Of a stretch of 64,000 nucleotides of DNA, positions 56,536-64,000 are shown one piece after another (within the stretch, counting starts at the first letter, position 1; every line of letters starts with the position of its first letter). Position numbers and translations under genes: made by a program. Where the stretch lies: assembly GCA_017465055.1 (NCBI GenBank), contig JAFTWZ010000039.1:9851-73850 (forward strand). The letters run 5' to 3'. The notes under the pieces were generated by a model. That model was given only the letters and a program-made list of their open reading frames with translations, ran no database searches and had not been told where the DNA came from. This DNA comes from Alistipes sp. Lineage in GTDB: Bacteria; Bacteroidota; Bacteroidia; Bacteroidales; Rikenellaceae.

Positions 56536-57674
56536 GATTTGCAGATATCATAGGCCACGATGAACTCAAGGCGCGACTTCGTACGCAGATAGATGCTGGG
56601 CGTGTCAGCCACGCGCAGCTCTTCACGGGCCAGGCAGGCTACGGCACGCTACCCTTAGCCCTGGCCTACGTGCAGTATCTATTCTGCCCAAACCATACCG
56701 CGGGCGACTCGTGTGGCGTCTGCCCCTCGTGCCAACAGATCGAGGCGCTGGCCCACCCCGACCTACATATGGTCTACCCGGTGAACAAGCAGAATAAGAA
56801 GTCGGGCGAGGTGATTATAAGCGATATGTTCATCGACCGCTGGCGTGAGCTGTGGCACGAGAGGCGTGGCATCTTCTCGGCAGAGGAGTGGTACGAGCGC
56901 CTCGACTTGGGCAAGACGATGAAGGGGCTTATCTCGGCGAAGGAGTCCGAGGAGATAATTCGCAAGCTGCAGTTTAAGAGCTACTCATCGGAGTATAAGG
57001 CGATGATTATATGGCTTCCAGAGGCTATGAATGCCGATGCAGCCAACAAGATTCTCAAGATACTCGAGGAGCCCTGGGATAAGACGCTCTTTATCTTAGT
57101 CTCGGAGCACCCCGAGCAGCTGCTCTCGACCATCACGTCGCGCACACAGAAGGTATCTGTTGGACGCATAGATGTGGCGACGCTCGAGCGCGTAGCCTCG
57201 GCCGAGGGTAAGCAGGGCAGCGAGGCCCGCAACATAGCGCGCCTTGCCGATGGCTCGATTTTGGAGCTTCGCGAGCTTATGCGCGGCCAGACCGACGAGA
57301 TGCGCGCCACGTGTTTCGAATTGTTCGTACGCCTTATGCGTCTAAGCTATGGCGATAAGCACCTCGAGCTGTTCGAGTGGGCCGACGATATGTGTGCGCT
57401 TACGCGCGAGGGGCAGCGACAGTTCTTCCTCCACTCGGTGCGTCTGCTTCGCGAGAGCTATATGCTCCACGCAGGCCTCGGCTCGATAAGCTACCTATGG
57501 GGCGAGGAGGAGGCCTTTTGTCGTAAGTTCTCGCCATTTATCGGCAACCATAACATCGAGAAGCTCATCGACGAGATAGAGCTTGCGATGATGCAGATAC
57601 AGCAGAATGGCGCGCCACGCATAGTATTTACTCACTTCGCACTCGCCGTATCGAAGATGATTAGGCGGTTGTAG
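56532..57674 (+). CDS. holB: DNA polymerase III subunit delta'
   Basis: HAQLF.G..GYG, C....CGVCPSC, HPDLH, AANK.LK.LEEP, TI.SR.Q. Confidence 0.9.
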   Translation: MRFADIIGHDELKARLRTQIDAGRVSHAQLFTGQAGYGTLPLALAYVQYLFCPNHTAGDSCGVCPSCQQIEALAHPDLHMVYPVNKQNKKSGEVIISDMFIDRWRELWHERRGIFSAEEWYERLDLGKTMKGLISAKESEEIIRKLQFKSYSSEYKAMIIWLPEAMNADAANKILKILEEPWDKTLFILVSEHPEQLLSTITSRTQKVSVGRIDVATLERVASAEGKQGSEARNIARLADGSILELRELMRGQTDEMRATCFELFVRLMRLSYGDKHLELFEWADDMCALTREGQRQFFLHSVRLLRESYMLHAGLGSISYLWGEEEAFCRKFSPFIGNHNIEKLIDEIELAMMQIQQNGAPRIVFTHFALAVSKMIRRL

Positions 57675-58214
57675 ATGAACGTTGATAGGGATATGGGAGA
57701 TAACGTAGATAAGAGCGTTAAGGTGGTATTGCTCTTCGGCTCGAACGATGCCGAGGCTGGCGATATAGTGCGCCGCGCCGTAGCGATTGTCGACCTTGCA
57801 GTAGGCCCGGTCGTCAATCTCTCGAAGGAGTATGCCAGCGAGCCCTACGGTTTTACCTCGGAGCGAGGTTTTGTAAACTGCGCCGCAGAGGTTGTGACCG
57901 CGCTCGATGCCTATGAGGTGCTGCGCCGTATAAACCTTATAGAGGCTCTGCTTGGGCGAGACAGAGCCGTAGAGGCTGAGGCCAAGAGCGCAAGTGGCGA
58001 GGCATATGCCTCAAGACCGATAGACATAGATATAATTTTCTATGGCACAGAGACGTTCTCTGACGAGAGGCTTACCATACCCTACCACTTCCTCGCCGAG
58101 CGCGGCTATGCGCTAAGACCTGTGGTAGACGTAGCGGCACACTTCAAACACCCGGCCTTAGAGCTAACGCCTAAGGAGATGTTAGAGATATTGGATAACG
58201 GCACAAAACTGTGA
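57675..58214 (+). CDS. folK: HPPK (6-hydroxymethyl-dihydropterin pyrophosphokinase)
   Basis: GSN, SEPYG, F.N, IE..LGR, R.IDIDI, LTIP...ER...L.P. Confidence 0.85.
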   Translation: MNVDRDMGDNVDKSVKVVLLFGSNDAEAGDIVRRAVAIVDLAVGPVVNLSKEYASEPYGFTSERGFVNCAAEVVTALDAYEVLRRINLIEALLGRDRAVEAEAKSASGEAYASRPIDIDIIFYGTETFSDERLTIPYHFLAERGYALRPVVDVAAHFKHPALELTPKEMLEILDNGTKL

Positions 58215-58216
58215 TT

Positions 58217-58807
58217 ATGAGATATATAACAAGAATATTTGTAGCTATCGTAGCTCTCGTGATAGTCGCTGGCTGCTTCAAGGAGGAGAGGCAGGGCACG
58301 CGTCTACTTGTCGAGCTATGGTCAAAGAATGTCGAGAGCGAAGAGGCCACAAAGACCGTATCGGAGATTGAGGGCTACGCCTTCTACATTAAAAAGGGCT
58401 CGAAGTGGAGCGTAGAGACGTGGGAGGATGCGCTCGATAGGCGCATAACCAACACGGAGAATCCCAGCGAGCAGCTCACCACGCCCGACGTCATAGCCGA
58501 CTACGACACCCAGAGCGAGTATCAGTTATCGTACGAGCTATGGGATGCGGAGCAGACATTTCTTGTTGTCGTAGATAAGACCAACCGCGTATATGCCACA
58601 CGCAGCTACGAGACGCCAATGAACCTGCCAGTGACATACACTCAGCTACACCTCTATGCGTATAAGAAGAGTGGCCCGGCAAATGGTTGGGATATGGTAA
58701 ACCCCTTCCCCGATGATGCGCGCGAGCCCCTGGTGCCAACAGGCGAGACGGAGGAGGGCGGCGACGACACAGATGGAACAGAGGAGGGTGCTAACGACAA
58801 TATGTAG
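58217..58807 (+). CDS. Hypothetical lipoprotein with acidic tail
   Basis: Lipobox VAGC, host-like codon usage, operonic position. Confidence 0.75.
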   Translation: MRYITRIFVAIVALVIVAGCFKEERQGTRLLVELWSKNVESEEATKTVSEIEGYAFYIKKGSKWSVETWEDALDRRITNTENPSEQLTTPDVIADYDTQSEYQLSYELWDAEQTFLVVVDKTNRVYATRSYETPMNLPVTYTQLHLYAYKKSGPANGWDMVNPFPDDAREPLVPTGETEEGGDDTDGTEEGANDNM

Positions 58808-58850
58808 CACAATTTTGGAGAAGTGATTTAGACGCGATTATAGATTAGAT

Positions 58851-60983
58851 ATGAGCAACAAGCATAACGGAGGCTCTATGGCCAAGAGCATAACACGCCT
58901 ACTGTCGGCAGCAATAGTAATGCTGTTCGGCGCTGCACTGCTGACCAAGTGCGCCTCGACAATGACACCAACAGGAGGCCCAAAGGATACCCTACCCCCG
59001 GTGATTGTCTATATGAATCCCGACAACTTTACCACCAACATCGACACGCTGCGCCCACCGAAGATATATGTCGAGTTTAACGAGTATGTCCAGATTAAGG
59101 ATCAGCAAAAGGAGTTATATACCTCGCCAGCGATGAAGAAGAAGCCCTCGGTGGTACGTCGCGGCAGAGGCATAGTGGTGACCATAAAGGACACGCTGCG
59201 CCCGAACACCACCTACGCCATAAACTTCGGCTCGTCGATTCAGGACAACAACGAGTCCAACCCGTTGCACTCTATGCGCTACGTCTTCTCGACGGGCGAC
59301 ACCGTGGACTCGATGTATATGTCGGGATATACGGCCGACTCGTATAAGGCCGACTCGGTGAGCAAGTCATTCATATACTTCTTCATTGCCGACTCGGTTG
59401 AGCGCCCCACGGAGTGGGATTCGACGATGTTTAAGTACAAGCCACAGGTTATAGCACGCGCCGAGAAGAATGGTATATTCATAGCTCAGAACCTCAAGCC
59501 TGTAGACTATCGCATCTACGCCTTTGAGGATACCAACGGCAATATGGAGTATGAGCCCTCGGTAGATCAGATAGGCTTTCTCGATACGACGTACAACCCA
59601 TCGAAGATGCCTGGGTTCAGAATTTGGTTCGATTCTTTGCGTCACTACCCTTCGGCCGAGCCACAGCTATACTTTAGAATGTTTATGGACCGTCGCTTTG
59701 CGCGCCAGACACTAAGTGGGCAGGAACGACTAAACCGCCACAAGGCGATGATATACTTCGGCGCACCAAACCCCGAGATCACCTCTATACGCTTCGACTC
59801 AATCCCCGAAGACAGGGTCATATACGACCCTAAGAGCGTAGGACGTGATACGGTAGCGATATGGTTCGACGTCGAGCCAGAGATGTTGCCCGACACCATC
59901 AAGGGCGAGATTACATACTTCAAGCACGACTCGATAAATAACCTCGTAGAGTCTACCGACAAGCTGCGATTAGCGTGGGTGAAGGTGGAGACCAAGGAGG
60001 AGCGCGAGGAGCGCGAAAAACTCGAGAAGGAGCGCGCTAAGGCCGAAAAGATGGGCGAGGAGTGGGTAGAGCCAGAGAAACCTAACCCCTTCAAAATAAA
60101 TATCCAGAACTCGGGCGACTACCACAAGTACAAGCGCCTGGAGTTCGACTTCGACTATCCGCTCACTAAGTTCGACACCGCGCAGATAACGCTGCAGATG
60201 ACCACCGAGCAGCAGAGCGAGCCGCGAGATGTGAAGTTTAGCATAGTGCAAGATACGCTCAATAGGCAGAAGTACGAACTTAAGGTGGCGTGGGAGCCAA
60301 AGGCTAAGTACGAGCTCTTAATCCCAGCAGGCGTCTTCGAGAACGTAGCTCGCGAGAAGAACGACACCATAAAGTGCTCGTACACAGGTGCCGACCCCGA
60401 TAAGTTCGCCATCGTGAACGTCAACGTGCGTAGCACACACCCACACGCCAAGTACATCCTGCAGCTGACCAACGCGCAGGGCAAGGTACAGAGGGAGATT
60501 CTCAATGTCACGCCCGGCAAGTACACCTTCGAGTATGTCACAGCAGGCGATGTTATGCTCCGCGTGGTCGAGGATATGAACGGCAATGGCAAGTGGGACA
60601 CGGGCGATATGGTACTTATGCGCCAGCCCGAGCGCACCGAGATATATAAGAACGAGGATGGCCTCGAGACGTTGACGACGAAGGAGAATTGGGAGTTTGA
60701 CCTCGACGTAGATATGGATGTACTCTTTGCACCAATAACAATGGAGTCGGTTGTTAAGATGCTCGATGACCGCGAGGATGAGCGTCTGAAGAAGCTTGCC
60801 GAGGAGATGACCAAGAAGCGTAAAGAGGAGGCTAACAAGAAGAATAACCAGGGCTCGGGTATGGGCTTTGGTGGTATGGGTGGCCTCGGTGGTATGGGTG
60901 GCGGTCTCGGCGGCGGCCTGCAGAGTGGTACTATGGGCGGCTCAATGGGCGGTTCAATGGGCAGTGGAAACTTAAGACGTTAA
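58851..60983 (+). CDS. Ig-like (Big_5) domain lipoprotein
   Basis: CA....P.GGPKDT.PP, FNEYV, L.PNTTY.I.FG.SI.DNNE.N, FSTG..VDS, D.NGNGKWDTG....RQPE. Confidence 0.85.
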   Translation: MSNKHNGGSMAKSITRLLSAAIVMLFGAALLTKCASTMTPTGGPKDTLPPVIVYMNPDNFTTNIDTLRPPKIYVEFNEYVQIKDQQKELYTSPAMKKKPSVVRRGRGIVVTIKDTLRPNTTYAINFGSSIQDNNESNPLHSMRYVFSTGDTVDSMYMSGYTADSYKADSVSKSFIYFFIADSVERPTEWDSTMFKYKPQVIARAEKNGIFIAQNLKPVDYRIYAFEDTNGNMEYEPSVDQIGFLDTTYNPSKMPGFRIWFDSLRHYPSAEPQLYFRMFMDRRFARQTLSGQERLNRHKAMIYFGAPNPEITSIRFDSIPEDRVIYDPKSVGRDTVAIWFDVEPEMLPDTIKGEITYFKHDSINNLVESTDKLRLAWVKVETKEEREEREKLEKERAKAEKMGEEWVEPEKPNPFKINIQNSGDYHKYKRLEFDFDYPLTKFDTAQITLQMTTEQQSEPRDVKFSIVQDTLNRQKYELKVAWEPKAKYELLIPAGVFENVAREKNDTIKCSYTGADPDKFAIVNVNVRSTHPHAKYILQLTNAQGKVQREILNVTPGKYTFEYVTAGDVMLRVVEDMNGNGKWDTGDMVLMRQPERTEIYKNEDGLETLTTKENWEFDLDVDMDVLFAPITMESVVKMLDDREDERLKKLAEEMTKKRKEEANKKNNQGSGMGFGGMGGLGGMGGGLGGGLQSGTMGGSMGGSMGSGNLRR

Positions 60984-60988
60984 CAGCA

Positions 60989-61882
60989 ATGAGAGTAGAC
61001 AAGATACGTATATTTGCAACATTGACGATGCTGGCCTTTGCGCTTATGTGCTCAGGGCGAGCTACGGCACAGCACACGCTGACCTTGACAGGCGGTACAG
61101 GAGCATCGTATGCTCGCTTCTACCCCGCCGAGGAGACAAAGTGGATGTGGGGCTGCGAGAACTTCGGCATCGCGTGGCGCTACTACAGCGAGAAGCCCCG
61201 CTTTGTAGGTGCTGTGGGTGTCGACCTCGAGTATCTCGAGCGCGGCTTTAAGATGGGCTGGACCTACACATCGGAGTGGATAGGTGACGGCGACGAGAAG
61301 AAGGAGATACGACACTACCAATTCTACAGCCGCAAGGTCAACACCGTAATGCTACCCCTGGTGTGGCAACCACACTTCTACTTGGTAAAAAACCGACTGC
61401 GCGTATTCATCGAGGCAGCACTTGTCTTCTCGTACAACATATCGTCGAGCTACGAGTATGAGGATAACAAACGCCCAGGAGGCAACTACGAGTGGAAGGT
61501 GCCGCGCGACAACCGCTTCGGCTATGGTCTTTCGGGAGGCGCAGGCTTCGCACTACTCTTCGGCCAGGTAGAGGTGGGATTCAAGGCTAAGTACAACTTC
61601 GGATATTCGGACATACTGAAGAACCGTAATAAGTACTACTCGAACTCTACGGATGGCTACGAAAACCCATTCTATTACTCGCCACTGCGCTCACCGATAG
61701 ATAATCTGAGTTTCTCACTCACCGTAGGCTGGCGATTCAACAAGCGCGGCTTCAACGAGTGGTTCGTGGTACGCCCAAAGAAGGAGAAGGCCCTCGATAA
61801 CTTCAACTTCTCGGAGCAAATCGGTCAGTCGGGCTCTGCAAACAGCTCGGGAGGCCGTAGCTCAGGAGGTAGGTCACGCTAA
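60989..61882 (+). CDS. Outer-membrane beta-barrel protein (PorT-like)
   Basis: Signal peptide, RYYSEK, Y..RG, NRFGYGL.GG.G, Y.FGYSDI, P.RS. Confidence 0.7.
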   Translation: MRVDKIRIFATLTMLAFALMCSGRATAQHTLTLTGGTGASYARFYPAEETKWMWGCENFGIAWRYYSEKPRFVGAVGVDLEYLERGFKMGWTYTSEWIGDGDEKKEIRHYQFYSRKVNTVMLPLVWQPHFYLVKNRLRVFIEAALVFSYNISSSYEYEDNKRPGGNYEWKVPRDNRFGYGLSGGAGFALLFGQVEVGFKAKYNFGYSDILKNRNKYYSNSTDGYENPFYYSPLRSPIDNLSFSLTVGWRFNKRGFNEWFVVRPKKEKALDNFNFSEQIGQSGSANSSGGRSSGGRSR

Positions 61883-61980
61883 TAGATAGACTCACTGATT
61901 GACTGATAAATAGATTGATTGATACGCCCACACATAACGACGTTGACACAGAAACCAAATAAACTAAAACGATACAACAT

Positions 61981-62319
61981 ATGGATTCAACAAGACAGCA
62001 GAAGATAGCACGACAGATTCAGCGCGACATAGCCGAGATACTCCAAAAGGAGCTTGCCGACACGCTGCGCGGCACACTCGTGACCGTCACCACGGTGCGC
62101 GTGTCGCCCGACTTAGCATATGCCAAGCTCTATATCAGCATCTTCCCCTTCGAGCGCAGCACAGCAATACTCGAGACCATCAAGGAGAAGAGCTGGTACG
62201 TACGTAAGCTCCTCGGTGCACGCATACGCAACCAGCTGAAGATTGTTCCCGAGCTGGAGTGGTTTATCGATGACTCGCTGGAGTATATCGAGAACATCGA
62301 CAACCTACTCAAGGAGTAA
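61981..62319 (+). CDS. rbfA: Ribosome-binding factor A
   Basis: RQ.KIAR.IQ, VTVT.VRVSPDL..AK.Y.S, VPEL..FIDDSLEY. Confidence 0.96.
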   Translation: MDSTRQQKIARQIQRDIAEILQKELADTLRGTLVTVTTVRVSPDLAYAKLYISIFPFERSTAILETIKEKSWYVRKLLGARIRNQLKIVPELEWFIDDSLEYIENIDNLLKE

Positions 62320-62340
62320 CAGCGCGCCAAACGTATAGCT

Positions 62341-63543
62341 ATGCTCTGGGCACTCTTTGCACGTCGATATATGTTTTCGCCGAAGTCACGCTCGGTGATT
62401 AACACCATTGCCTGCATCAGCCTCATCGCCGTGGCAGTGCCTACGGCCGCGATGATAGTGTTGCTGGCGATGTTCGACGGACTGAGCGCCTCGGTCGCCA
62501 AGCTCAATGCCGCCGTAGATGCTGATATCGAGGTGGTAGCCGCGCGAGGACAGACGTTCGAGTATAGCGCAGAGCAAGTGCAAGAGATTGCTTCGCTCGA
62601 GGGCATCAGTGCCGTAGCGCCATATATCGAGCAGAGCGTTATGGCCTCGTCGGCTGGGCGACGCACGACGATAGTGCTGCGCGGCGTAGATCGCAAATAC
62701 TACGACGTCGTATCGCTCGATGACTACCTGCAGGCCGGAAGGCTCGAGTCGATATACTCGGGAGATATAGTTCTCGGTGTGGGGCTATGCTCCGAATTGG
62801 CAGCCTTTGGTATAGGCACTGAGATAGAGCTCTATGCCCTGAACCGCAGACAGATATCTACCTTGCTACCGATGAGCGGCATATCGCGTATGACCACACA
62901 CTTAGGCGGCGCGGTAAGCGCCAACAACGACATCAGCTCGTCGTTAGCCTTAGGCGAGATTGGGCGCGTGCAACGACTACTAAACTATACGGACAGAGTA
63001 TCGGCTTTGGCAATAAGAGCCTCTGAGGGTGCCGACATCGAGGCGTTGGAGAGTCGGTTAGAGACGGTGTTAGGCGATGAATTTGAGGTAGTAACGCGCG
63101 ATGAAAAGAATGCTTCGATTAACGCCATACTGCGTATGGAGCGCTTTGCAATACTGCTCATCGGATGCCTGATAGTGCTGATAGCCACCTTCTCGATAGT
63201 AGGCTCGGTGCTGATGCTCATCACCGAGAAGCGTCGCGACATAGCCACGCTGCGGGCCTTAGGTGCTAAGCGAGGGATGATAGTGGGAATATTCACTGGC
63301 GAGGGCGCACTGCTAACGCTCTTGGGCGTAGTGCTCGGCGTAGTGCTCGGCACAATAGTAGCCTTAGTACAACAACACTTCGGCTTGGTCAAGATTCCAG
63401 GCGACCAGCTCTTAGGTAGCTATCCCGTAGAGCTAAGCCTCGGCGACGTAGCCATAGTCGCCATAGTGGTGATTGCCACAGGGTGCTTGGTATCGTGGCT
63501 GACGGTGAAGGCCAAACTTAGAGACTCGTTAACTACACAGTAA
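62341..63543 (+). CDS. LolC/E-type (FtsX-like) ABC permease
   Basis: ARRY.FS.KS, LI..IA.F.I.GS..MLI.EK.RDI.TLR.LGA, IF..EG, YPV. Confidence 0.88.
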   Translation: MLWALFARRYMFSPKSRSVINTIACISLIAVAVPTAAMIVLLAMFDGLSASVAKLNAAVDADIEVVAARGQTFEYSAEQVQEIASLEGISAVAPYIEQSVMASSAGRRTTIVLRGVDRKYYDVVSLDDYLQAGRLESIYSGDIVLGVGLCSELAAFGIGTEIELYALNRRQISTLLPMSGISRMTTHLGGAVSANNDISSSLALGEIGRVQRLLNYTDRVSALAIRASEGADIEALESRLETVLGDEFEVVTRDEKNASINAILRMERFAILLIGCLIVLIATFSIVGSVLMLITEKRRDIATLRALGAKRGMIVGIFTGEGALLTLLGVVLGVVLGTIVALVQQHFGLVKIPGDQLLGSYPVELSLGDVAIVAIVVIATGCLVSWLTVKAKLRDSLTTQ

Positions 63544-63579
63544 CGCTACGGATAACCGTACATTTAGGAAATTATAGAT

Positions 63580-64000
63580 ATGAAGAGTACGTTTTTTAGA
63601 TATATAGCCTCAGCGGCAGTGTTTACCGCCACGCTGCTCGGCATAACCTCCTGCTCGGGGCCCAGGGTCATACCAGACAAGGACCTTGTAAACATCTTCC
63701 ACGACGCCTACATAGCCAACGCATACATCAGCGAGAATGTGAAGAACGACGACTCGCTCTATATATACGAACCGATCTTCGAGCGCTACGGATATACGAT
63801 GGAGGACTTGCAACATACGATTATGACCTTCACCGAGCGTAAGAGCGCTATGCTCAGCGATCTGATGTACGAGGTAAACAAACGCATAAGCGACGAAGCC
63901 AAAGAGGAGGCTCGCAAGATGGTGGTACTCGACACCATAGATAACATCGCCAAGCGCGCATACACACGTACGATGTATAGCGATACGCTCATACGCGCGA
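63580..64000 (+). CDS. DUF4296-like lipoprotein (3' truncated)
   Basis: MKSTFF...ITSC lipobox, IP.K.L..I.HD...A.A, IF.RYG.T. Open to the window end. Confidence 0.75.
   Translation, partial: MKSTFFRYIASAAVFTATLLGITSCSGPRVIPDKDLVNIFHDAYIANAYISENVKNDDSLYIYEPIFERYGYTMEDLQHTIMTFTERKSAMLSDLMYEVNKRISDEAKEEARKMVVLDTIDNIAKRAYTRTMYSDTLIRA

Overview
Chromosomal window of a Bacteroidota genome, most likely Rikenellaceae/Alistipes-like. Evidence: TAnnTTTG -7 promoter boxes, a SulA-like enzyme, and the uppS-bamA-skp-skp, DUF2520-kdsC and rbfA-lolE-DUF4296 gene orders. It holds about 53 mostly housekeeping CDSs: a flavoprotein/redox cluster, proC, a TPP-riboswitch thiD-thiE-thiC-thi4-thiE2 operon, a porin-pstSCAB/phoBR locus, pullulanase, outer-membrane biogenesis genes, a ccsB-ccsA-ccp operon, xerD, prmA, rsgA, holB, folK and rbfA. 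I saw no rRNA, tRNA, CRISPR array or intact transposase. The most unusual signals are three. (1) Two inverted, ~91%-identical copies of a ~362-bp non-autonomous element (11672-12034 and 26281-26642) with 23-bp TIRs and 8-bp target duplications. Its interior is an inverted dimer of two 74-nt CGTC-tagged REP-like hairpins whose stems are identical between copies, and it carries an outward-facing -7 box. (2) A membrane-anchored TPR-HTH regulator followed by three palindromic boxes, a consensus promoter and a ~265-nt structured, terminated transcript with no long ORF (candidate sensor-sRNA module). (3) A GH2 homologue lacking both catalytic glutamates. Also notable: a His-type Thi4, a YihY-DUF2520 fusion, a His-tailed tri-heme peroxidase and a decamer-repeat/G4 intergenic array. 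All protein calls are from motif recognition, not database searches.
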